Assembly (NCBI RefSeq): GCF_001194135.2 | Contig: NC_068991.1 | Coordinates: forward strand, 4,283,830-4,347,829 | Direction: 5' to 3' | DNA length: 64,000 bases | From: Octopus bimaculoides | Taxonomy: Eukaryota | In this document: piece after piece, positions 54,408 to 64,000 of the stretch | Layout of the letters: every line of letters starts with the position of its first letter | How positions within the stretch are numbered: the stretch's first letter is position 1 | Made by a program: the position numbers and the translations under genes | The notes under the pieces: model-generated | Told to the model about the DNA's origin: nothing | What the model saw: only the letters and a program-made list of their open reading frames with translations | Database searches by the model: none

Positions 54408-54734
54408 ATATGTGTACGTGTGTACGTGTGAGTTTGTGTGTGCATGCATGTGCGTGTATGTATGTATGTATGAATATACACATATACTAAAATCATATAT
54501 GTAAACGTTTGGCATGTAGGAATAATTGCCTCTAATACAATGGATGTTAAAATTCTTTTACTGTCATATCGTTAATAGAAAGCTTTTAGCTGAGTCTTGC
54601 GAAAACTTCGAACGTTTTGTTACAACGTTTATGTAGGTATGTGTTAATATTTAAACAAAAGATAAACCATCTTAGACGTATTTACATGTAAAATATGCGC
54701 CATACACCAAATTCCCATTTTCTGTATGCGTGAG

Positions 54735-54796
<62 letters not shown>

Positions 54797-55736
54797 NNNN
54801 NNNNNNNNNNNNNNNNNNNNNNNNNNNNNNNNNNNNNNNNNNNNNNNNNNNNNNNNNNNNNNNNNNNNNNNNNNNNNNNNNNNNNNNNNNNNNNNNNNNN
54901 NNNNNNNNNNNNNNNNNNNNNNNNNNNNNNNNNNNNNNNNNNNNNNNNNNNNNNNNNNNNNNNNNNNNNNNNNNNNNNNNNNNNNNNNNNNNNNNNNNNN
55001 NNNNNNNNNNNNNNNNNNNNNNNNNNNNNNNNNNNNNNNNNNNNNNNNNNNNNNNNNNNNNNNNNNNNNNNNNNNNNNNNNNNNNNNNNNNNNNNNNNNN
55101 NNNNNNNNNNNNNNNNNNNNNNNNNNNNNNNNNNNNNNNNNNNNNNNNNNNNNNNNNNNNNNNNNNNNNNNNNNNNNNNNNNNNNNNNNNNNNNNNNNNN
55201 NNNNNNNNNNNNNNNNNNNNNNNNNNNNNNNNNNNNNNNNNNNNNNNNNNNNNNNNNNNNNNNNNNNNNNNNNNNNNNNNNNNNNNNNNNNNNNNNNNNN
55301 NNNNNNNNNNNNNNNNNNNNNNNNNNNNNNNNNNNNNNNNNNNNNNNNNNNNNNNNNNNNNNNNNNNNNNNNNNNNNNNNNNNNNNNNNNNNNNNNNNNN
55401 NNNNNNNNNNNNNNNNNNNNNNNNNNNNNNNNNNNNNNNNNNNNNNNNNNNNNNNNNNNNNNNNNNNNNNNNNNNNNNNNNNNNNNNNNNNNNNNNNNNN
55501 NNNNNNNNNNNNNNNNNNNNNNNNNNNNNNNNNNNNNNNNNNNNNNNNNNNNNNNNNNNNNNNNNNNNNNNNNNNNNNNNNNNNNNNNNNNNNNNNNNNN
55601 NNNNNNNNNNNNNNNNNNNNNNNNNNNNNNNNNNNNNNNNNNNNNNNNNNNNNNNNNNNNNNNNNNNNNNNNNNNNNNNNNNNNNNNNNNNNNNNNNNNN
55701 NNNNNNNNNNNNNNNNNNNNNNNNNNNNNNNNNNNN

Positions 55737-55773
<37 letters not shown>

Positions 55774-56139
55774 GTGTATATGCAAATTACTTTATACATT
55801 TGGAATATATAGATTTTCTTAGATATTTTATCCTATTTGTGTTTACACAGGATTCTATAATCATCAATATCTTTTCCATTATATTGTATTATACAGTATG
55901 TGTACATACTTTTATTATTTGATATATATTACATACAATCGTATTTCATGTGGAATATTATATTTTATTGTTTATTGAATCTAAAATTTTTCATAAACGG
56001 TTTTGTATTATTGAATGTTGTATAGTTGGATTCTTTCATTGTTGATTTTCAATATTTCTCAATATTATATTTCATTACTCACACACACACACACACATAC
56101 ACACACGCGCCCTCATTTCTATACATTCTTTTCTTCTTT

Positions 56140-56310
56140 TCTTCTTTTATTTCTTTCAGTCATTTTACTGCGGCCACGCTGGAGCGGCGCCTTTATTCAA
56201 ACAAATCGAGCCTAGGACTTATTCTTTGTAAGTCTAGTGCTTATTGTATCGCACTCTTTTGCGGAACCACTAAGTTACGGGGATATAAACAAACCAACAT
56301 CGCTTGTCAT
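56140..56310 (-). mobile_element. SINE-B 3' module
   Basis: TTTCAGTCATTTTACTGCGGCCACGCTGGAGC...GGACTTATTCTTTGTAAGTCTAGTGCTTATT...ACTAAGTTACGGGGATATAAAC. Confidence 0.8.
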
Positions 56311-56698
56311 CGAAACCGTTGTTTAGATAGATTCACTACCCTCTCGAAAACATGTGTCTGAAGCAGTTTGGTTTTCTCTTTTGTCAATAGTTGGCTCGGC
56401 TCAAAATCTTCCAAATCCCAAACGTAAACCACTACGACCTTTGCAATGCTAGCAATGCAAAAATATCTAACTTTTGATGATGTTTACCGCTTGTAGAAAT
56501 TGGAATATTTTTCTTCTGCAGTGGAAAGTTTGTAGACGAGAAGTTCTTGAAAGTGTGTCTCATTGCTCTGGGTGTCCTTTTTTCTAGCTAATTACTTTTT
56601 TCTTTAGTTAGGTGGGAGTAGTTCAGATTTGGCAGGTAAATGTTATATTTTCTCTCCATCAACTTTGTCCCAAAGCTCTAATGTAATGTAATGAAATT

Positions 56699-56845
56699 TC
56701 CCTAAGACACCTGATGAAGGCTGGAGGGTTTTTCAGCCGAAACGTTGTGTTAACAACAAACAAGATGAGGATAAATATCCGTCAAATGTAAATAATGTAA
56801 ATAATGTAAATAATGTACACAATTCCTCATCTCTTAAATATAGAA
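56699..56845 (+). mobile_element. Short dispersed hammerhead-bearing repeat (Penelope-type terminal repeat or retrozyme-like)
   Basis: HHR followed by AACAACAAACAAGATGAGGATAAATATCCGTCAAA-(TGTAAATAA)x3-TGTACACAATTCCTCATCT; a second copy lies at 63045-63117. Confidence 0.75.
56706..56751 (+). ncRNA. Minimal type-I hammerhead ribozyme motif (HHR-1)
   Basis: GACAC-CUGAUGA-A-GGCUGGAG-gguu-UUUCAGCC-GAAA-C-GUU-GUGUU. Intact core, 7-8-bp helix II, loop-less palindromic helix III (AACGUU), 5-bp helix I GACAC/GUGUU. Confidence 0.78.
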
Positions 56846-57572
56846 TCAATGAAGACTTGGCATTTATGATGATATCGATATCACAGTTGACAATATCACC
56901 ATCTTTAGTTCCAAATTCCAGAACCTTGAAGAACGAAGACGGGTCTGAAAATTGTCGGGTAGTGTTGGCTTATCTCCAAATAGACGAAATGACATTAAAT
57001 TTCAACGCTGATGTTTCTAAACCACTTAACTTCCGTTGTTTCATTGTTGTAATCTAATGACGTTTGTAATTTTGTCATTAATATCGTCTGCTCATTAGTA
57101 TATATTTGATAATTCTACGCTTGTTGTGGTTTCGGATAACGAGTGCACTTTATTAATTAGCTTAAATATCGTGGCTATTATTTTCACTTCGTAGTTAATT
57201 CTGTCGTAAGTGTTTGTGATACATTTCTTGTAATGTTAAGTGATACCGTTCGTTACGTTTTTAGAGTATGTATCCATATCTACAGAATACAGTCAGTTTG
57301 TGCCTTATGAAGATTTGTATAATGTGTCAGAAATGTTAATGGTCGTGCTGGTAAATGTTATTTTACGGTGAAAAGCATTATTACATTTACTAAATCAAAC
57401 TGAGCTGATAATTTCCAGAAGTTCAGGTATGCAGAGTAACAAGTTGTAATAGGATTATACATATGTGTGTATGTGTATGTGTGTGTGTGTGTGTGTGTGT
57501 GCAACACTCTCTCTTTCTTTCTCTCTCATTTTCTCTCCATTTCTCTGTCTTTCTCTCTCTCTGTATATATAT

Positions 57573-57619
<47 letters not shown>

Positions 57620-58516
57620 NNNNNNNNNNNNNNNNNNNNNNNNNNNNNNNNNNNNNNNNNNNNNNNNNNNNNNNNNNNNNNNNNNNNNNNNNNNNNNNNN
57701 NNNNNNNNNNNNNNNNNNNNNNNNNNNNNNNNNNNNNNNNNNNNNNNNNNNNNNNNNNNNNNNNNNNNNNNNNNNNNNNNNNNNNNNNNNNNNNNNNNNN
57801 NNNNNNNNNNNNNNNNNNNNNNNNNNNNNNNNNNNNNNNNNNNNNNNNNNNNNNNNNNNNNNNNNNNNNNNNNNNNNNNNNNNNNNNNNNNNNNNNNNNN
57901 NNNNNNNNNNNNNNNNNNNNNNNNNNNNNNNNNNNNNNNNNNNNNNNNNNNNNNNNNNNNNNNNNNNNNNNNNNNNNNNNNNNNNNNNNNNNNNNNNNNN
58001 NNNNNNNNNNNNNNNNNNNNNNNNNNNNNNNNNNNNNNNNNNNNNNNNNNNNNNNNNNNNNNNNNNNNNNNNNNNNNNNNNNNNNNNNNNNNNNNNNNNN
58101 NNNNNNNNNNNNNNNNNNNNNNNNNNNNNNNNNNNNNNNNNNNNNNNNNNNNNNNNNNNNNNNNNNNNNNNNNNNNNNNNNNNNNNNNNNNNNNNNNNNN
58201 NNNNNNNNNNNNNNNNNNNNNNNNNNNNNNNNNNNNNNNNNNNNNNNNNNNNNNNNNNNNNNNNNNNNNNNNNNNNNNNNNNNNNNNNNNNNNNNNNNNN
58301 NNNNNNNNNNNNNNNNNNNNNNNNNNNNNNNNNNNNNNNNNNNNNNNNNNNNNNNNNNNNNNNNNNNNNNNNNNNNNNNNNNNNNNNNNNNNNNNNNNNN
58401 NNNNNNNNNNNNNNNNNNNNNNNNNNNNNNNNNNNNNNNNNNNNNNNNNNNNNNNNNNNNNNNNNNNNNNNNNNNNNNNNNNNNNNNNNNNTATTTATAT
58501 TTACATATACATATAC

Positions 58517-58564
<48 letters not shown>

Positions 58565-58808
58565 GTATATATATATATATATGTATGTATATATGTATAT
58601 ATATATTTATATATATCATATACATGTAATGTGTATATATATGTATATATATGTGTATGTGTGTCTGTGTAACTATTTCCCTTTTTCTTTTACATCCATC
58701 AGGTGAAACACATGCACACAAGATAAGATGAACACATATATATACTGTTAAGCATGAACAGAACAAACCAAAAACAGACACAGACAAACACACACACACA
58801 CACACCCA

Positions 58809-58840
<32 letters not shown>

Positions 58841-59384
58841 AGCAAAGACACAAAGACACAGGCGCAATCACAAGCACACACTTATCCAATTATTACTTCG
58901 TTGTCGTACTGCATTAGTTCACCTGTTCAATTGTTTTCTCATACTTTTAGTTGCCTAAGACTTTTAGAAAGTCTGACTGCTTGTAATCATTGCGGCTGCT
59001 ACAAACATTACTGTTGCATCAAAATTCTCACATCAGCAGGGGGTTATTTTCCCCATATAATAAATCTATTTGTAATATATGTGGGAAAGAATTGTTCGTG
59101 TATGATTTAACTACAATATATTTTATCTCATAGAAAGGTCTTTTGTCTCAACCAAACAGATCGTACAATGCAGTACAATATTGAATATATATCGTGTATT
59201 CATTGTAACAATGTTGTTTTAATTTCTTTATTACTATTATCACTACCTTTATTCAACCCAGGTACTTCGCCTTTCATTCTTTCGGGGTCTATCAATGAAG
59301 TACCAGTGAAATAGTAGTCCCTGTAATATTCAGAGATTTAAGTGCTCTGGGACTTAATGGGTTAATTCATTGACCCCAAAAGTG

Positions 59385-59765
59385 GCTACACACAGAGGGG
59401 ACAAACAAGGACAGACAAACGGGCTAATTCGATTATATTGACGGCAGTATTTATTTAATTGACCCCGAAAGGATGAAAGGCAAAGTCGACCTCGGCGGAA
59501 TTTGAACTCAGAACGTAACGGGAGATGAAATACCTATTTCGTTATTGCCCACAAGGGGCTAAACATAGAGGGGACAAACAAGGACAGACAAAGGGATTAA
59601 GTCGATTACATCGACCCCAGTGCGTAACTGGTACTTAATTTATCGACCCCGAAAGGATGAAAGGCAAAGTGGACCTCGGCGGAATTTGAACTCAGAACGT
59701 CACAGCAGACGAAATACCGCTAAGCATTTCGCCCGGCGTGCTAACGTTTCTGCTAGCTCGCCACC
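59385..59765 (-). mobile_element. SINE-A dimer (full monomer fused to a head-less monomer)
   Basis: On the minus strand the tail TTGTGGGCAATAACGAAATA runs directly into GGTATTTCATCTCCCGTTACGTTCTGAGTTCAAATTCCGCC of a second monomer. Confidence 0.88.
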
Positions 59766-60276
59766 GTTATTTAGGAACTATATTCTCGTAATTATCCATG
59801 TCCTGTATCTCATCGTCATTGTCATCCGATTCTTTCCCCTCTTTCTCCTCCTCCTCCTCCTCCTCACTTTTGTCGTTATACAAGTTGTGTTGTTGCTGTT
59901 GTATTTGGTAGTGGTGGTCCAAGTGGGATCATCGCTAATGACTGACTGATTATTTTCCTATAAACATTTCTAAGGGAAAAGGAGAAGTAAAATAATAAGC
60001 CGGACAAAATGAGTGAAAACCAGTAATACGGTATGTTAGAAATAGTAATCACATCTGCCTCATATCACACTCTACGGTTCTTAAAATAAATGGACTTTGT
60101 GAAAAGTAAACTAGCTTCAGAAGTCCTACCTGTGTTTAGTACCGGAAGCTAACATCGGAGTCTGCCTTTCAAGGTTTAATTCAGGCGTATATATCTAGAG
60201 GAATTCAAGAATTCCTGGCCTTATGCTGAAACTTGAAACTGATACGTCTCACCACCAAATATTATTCTCAGACACA

Positions 60277-60620
60277 AAGGAGCACTCCGTCGGTTACGAT
60301 GACGACGAGGGTCCCAGCTGATCCGATCATCGGAACAGCCTGCTCGTGAGATTAACGTGCAAGTGGCTGAGCACTCCACAGACATGTGTACCGTTAACGT
60401 AGTTCCTAGGGAGATTCAGTGCGACACAGAATGTGACAAGACTGTCCCTTTGAAATAGAGGTTCTACTCATTTTTGCCAGATGAGTGGGCTGGAGCAACG
60501 TGAGATAAAGCGTCTTGCTGAAGGACACAACGCGTCGCTGGGAATGGAACTCTCGACCTTACGATCGCGAGCCGAATGCCCTAACCACTGAGCCCTAACC
60601 ACTGAGCCACACGCCTTCAA
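60277..60620 (-). mobile_element. SINE-C (tRNA head, central GTTGTGTCCTTCAGCAAGAC module, tail shared with 34083) with 11-bp TSD
   Basis: TCTCAGACACA at 60266-60276 and 60621-60631; A-box GGCTCAGTGGTTAGGGC is internally duplicated (14-bp tandem). Confidence 0.9.
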
Positions 60621-60631
60621 TCTCAGACACA

Positions 60632-60833
60632 GCAGAATCGTTAGCGCACCGGACGAAATGCTTAGCGGTATATCGTCTGCCGTTACGTTCTGAGTTCAAA
60701 TTCAGCTGAGGTCTACTTTGCCTTTCATCCTTTCGGGGTCGATTAACTAAGTACCAGTTATGCACCGGGGTCGATGTAATCGACTTAATCCCTATGTCTC
60801 TCCTTGTTTGTTCCCTCTATGTTAGCCCCCTGT
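60632..60833 (+). mobile_element. SINE-A copy lacking its first ~12 nt
   Basis: GCAGAATCGTTAGCGCACCGGACGAAATGCTTAGCGG...GGGGTCGATGTAATCGACTTAATCCC...TTAGCCCCCTGT. Confidence 0.88.
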
Positions 60834-63044
60834 CTAATTTCCTCTTTCCAAAGACAGGAGGAGTGTGATTTGAAGGAAGTTTGGTAGTAATTTTTGCCAG
60901 TGGAGTGACTAGTAGCACAACTTGAGTTCGTTTATTAGTTGACGTATAATGTGTGATTCACGTGATATTTCTTTTGATATCAGATAAATAATTACAAACA
61001 CCTTCAACGTTTTAATTATCATATTAAAGAAAAAAATATAAAACAATCAAAACAAACGGAAATATTTTATTAGGGATCTAATTTAATTGCAATGTCATGT
61101 AATTTATTTAGAAGTTCCCTTCACGATGCGCCATACCGAATGAAATGTTACAATTTTTTTCGTTTTTCATTTTCTCTCTGTAAATCAAGCAAGTCATTTG
61201 AAGAAACCTATTGGCTATTAGCTCTTATATCTTCATATGATGGTAGCAAATGAACAAATATAAATGCATCGTTTGACACGCATCAACGCAGATTGATAAC
61301 ATGAAAAAGATCAACAATTATACAGAAAATGTCAGAGGATGGAATCACCTAATTAACCAGCATTAATAAATCCAGTTTAGTCAGGTCAAGAGTAAAATCT
61401 GTGTAGTTTAATTAACTTGTACGTAAGTGAACATATAATTAGTAGCTGTCGTTAATCAAATAGTTACACAACGAATGTTGGTCATTAAGATTTTGAAAGT
61501 GTTGGCTCCCCGGTAAATAATCACATGAAAAGCAATTCGACCGGCAGTTTCGGTATGCCACATAAACGCAACTTTAAAACTTTCAATTAAAAGTAGGTGT
61601 TGTAATTAAAAATAGGAATGAGAGGACGAATGAGAGTTGGAGACATGTCTCAAAGAGCTGAGTTCGAATCTACAGTGAGACACTTCCTTTTATTAATTCG
61701 ACATACGTACAGCTTTCCTTCGTATAACGAATCCCGGGAAGGCTTGCAAAGCCTGTTAGATGTGTTTCAGCATGAGTAAACAATTTTTGACTCATTTTGG
61801 TTTCCATTATCCAAAGTAACTACATCTTTATGAAAGAATCGGCGAGTCATTTGAATCGTATTTAGCTGCTATATCTAGCTCTTTCGATGATCCCAAAAGA
61901 ATCTTCATTATATAGTCTTTTCTGGGAAAGCATTTAAATTCTGTAGTCAAGAAGTTATTCACAAAATACATGTAGATAAATTTAGAATAATTTAAACAGG
62001 ACATTTTCTTTTGATATAAAAACTGATTTTCTAAAAAACACTTTGAAGAAGTAAGCACATTATAGATTGAAGTTGATAACGGAGTTAAACCGAATTCACC
62101 TCGGTTTTATGGAATTTTATTTGTATCAGGATACGGCTAGGGGATATGTTTTCGCTAAACATGTTTATATATTACTTGGTTCATATATGTCGGTGGTAAA
62201 CAAAATCTCAGTGCCGTGTTAGCGTCTGGGACGACGCCCTGCTAAATCTGCAGTTCGTATCCTCAGACGTGTAACGATTTATCTGACGAAGCTGACACGA
62301 TGAACGAACGAAGCCACAACGATGGACACTCGTATGAATTGTATACCATTATATCTTAACATATATTACCATTAATAATTTTCAAGTATTCCCACTGGCA
62401 TGTAGCATGATCAGATCTAAAATAAATTATATGCTGCCCCAACTTAATTACTGTGACATTGAAGTATCCGCATTTGACACTTTGCAGACACTAAAATATT
62501 TTCATTTCCTGATCGACTAATTTTCTGTACACATAAACGCATTTCCAGGTTGGTATTTTTTATTTCTTCTCATCACCGTTTATTATGGACTTTGTGACAT
62601 TACTAAATTGTTTCAACACCCTTTCTCATGCTAACGGCATAAATTCCTGTGTCATAAAGTTCAAATTAAATAGTGTAAAATTAGGGTGATAAAGGTGCCA
62701 TATTTTGATTCGATCTTGTGATCTTTTTGACACCAGGGGAGGATTAATTCGCTCTATTTAGACGAACTACACCGCAAGCTCTAAATGTTTGATCAACTTT
62801 AGTCGTAAATGTAATCATTTTAACATCAAATAGTTGAGTTTGTGTCGTTGACAAGTTAAAATATTATTTTCCTCATTTTCATTAAGATAATTACTAATGA
62901 AGAACTTAAGAAATATTAGTGATGGAAATGAATTCCCTGAAAAAAAAATTAATGTAATACCGAGATCAAATTTTCAAATACGGTTAATTTTGGATTGGAG
63001 TAATTTCTTAGCAGAAGTATGTCCGCAGAGTTGCGGGTCTCGGA

Positions 63045-63117
63045 TCAGCCGAAACGTGTTAACAACAAACAAGATGAGAACAAATATCCATCAAATGTAA
63101 ATAATGTACATAATTCC
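63045..63117 (+). mobile_element. 5'-truncated copy of the 56699 hammerhead-bearing repeat
   Basis: TCAGCCGAAACGTGTTAACAACAAACAAGATGAGAACAAATATCCATCAAATGTAAATAATGTACATAATTCC: lacks the CUGAUGA half, has a 3-nt deletion at the cleavage site, and carries one TGTAAATAA unit. Confidence 0.85.
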
Positions 63118-64000
63118 CACGGACGAAAAATTCTTCAGGTTTCGATGGAAAAATGAACGCAAAATGAAAAACGAAAAAACATTCAATTTCATTTTTAAGC
63201 TATTTACTATAAAATAATGGTTTTGCGTCTAAGTAATGTTGCAATCATCCGAAGCGATTATACTCGGATGGAATAGAATCAGGTAAGTAGGGGGAAACAA
63301 TACGTTGATATTTAGTGCGATAACTTTTACGTAAATGACATGAGAAATATATTGTTATTGAGTAAAAGCAACACCCGTTTGTAAAGGATTAATGGCAGGA
63401 ACATATTCTGTTAATCTTTGTGCAATACTTCCAATTGATGACGATACTTCTCTGCATTAATTCTTTCGTTTTGGTTTAACAGTTCATGAAAGATGACACC
63501 CCTTATCATTCATGAAACAGAGAATAACATTTTTTAGGTGCAATCCTATTTTGAGACGGGCTCTCCTTTCATATTAGGTGATAACCATTGTCGTTTCCAT
63601 TGGATATGATTAAAGAAAAACTTACTTTCCACCAGAAGTTCGGTAGTAATTCTACTCTTCAATGATGAGCAGAGACCAAGGCCCTGATTAAGCTGAAATG
63701 CAGTCAAATAGTGAGATATCTGAAGCCAATTTTAGATATTTTTCTTACTTTGTAAAGGCTTTTAATAGTTGAAGTATGACTGGAATTTTTTTAATAATTA
63801 ACTTACAGTTTCTTCTGGTCTTTCTGCCGGTATAATTTTCGTGAGAGAACCACTTTATGATCGAAGTTAACCAGACCATAGTTGGACTATCCAGGTACGT
63901 AAAGCATCATTTCTCTGAACAGAATAGGTATTTCTTTATCGTTTCTATTTTTGAAGAGTATCTTTTCAATTTACGGAGTTTGCCGTGTCTGATATGAGTC

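Noticed and set aside
61640-61685. GAGTTCGAATC B-box-like motif
   Set aside because: No A-box or cloverleaf; not a tRNA gene, at most a SINE relic.
62282-62320. CTGACGA hammerhead-like core
   Set aside because: No helix II or GAAA follows.

Overview
This is an AT-rich, repeat-saturated animal genome window, almost certainly intronic or intergenic. The tRNA-derived SINE families and the very high density of (TA)n/(CA)n/(AAT)n/(GAT)n/(CTAT)n microsatellites point to a cephalopod, most likely Octopus (inference from recalled repeat sequences, not from a search). About 20 N-gaps are present, most of them flanked by (TA)n. No host protein-coding gene could be confidently identified; nearly all long ORFs in the track are microsatellite or N-gap artefacts. 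Recognisable content: about 20 copies of one SINE family (SINE-A), several copies of other modular SINE families, a decayed R4/Dong-like non-LTR retrotransposon, four Tc1/mariner transposase remnants, and pogo/Tigger-like MITE ends. The most interesting signal is three unrelated minimal type-I hammerhead ribozyme (HHR) motifs: 18238-18298 (-), 26054-26098 (-, decayed) and 56706-56751 (+). All three have a palindromic or near-palindromic helix III and a GUU cleavage triplet. One lies inside a 357-bp direct/inverted repeat unit, and one belongs to a dispersed short repeat with a second, truncated copy at 63045. Together they suggest several families of non-autonomous Penelope-like or retrozyme-like self-cleaving elements. 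SINE-A copies also show repeated head-to-tail stacking at their own head motif.
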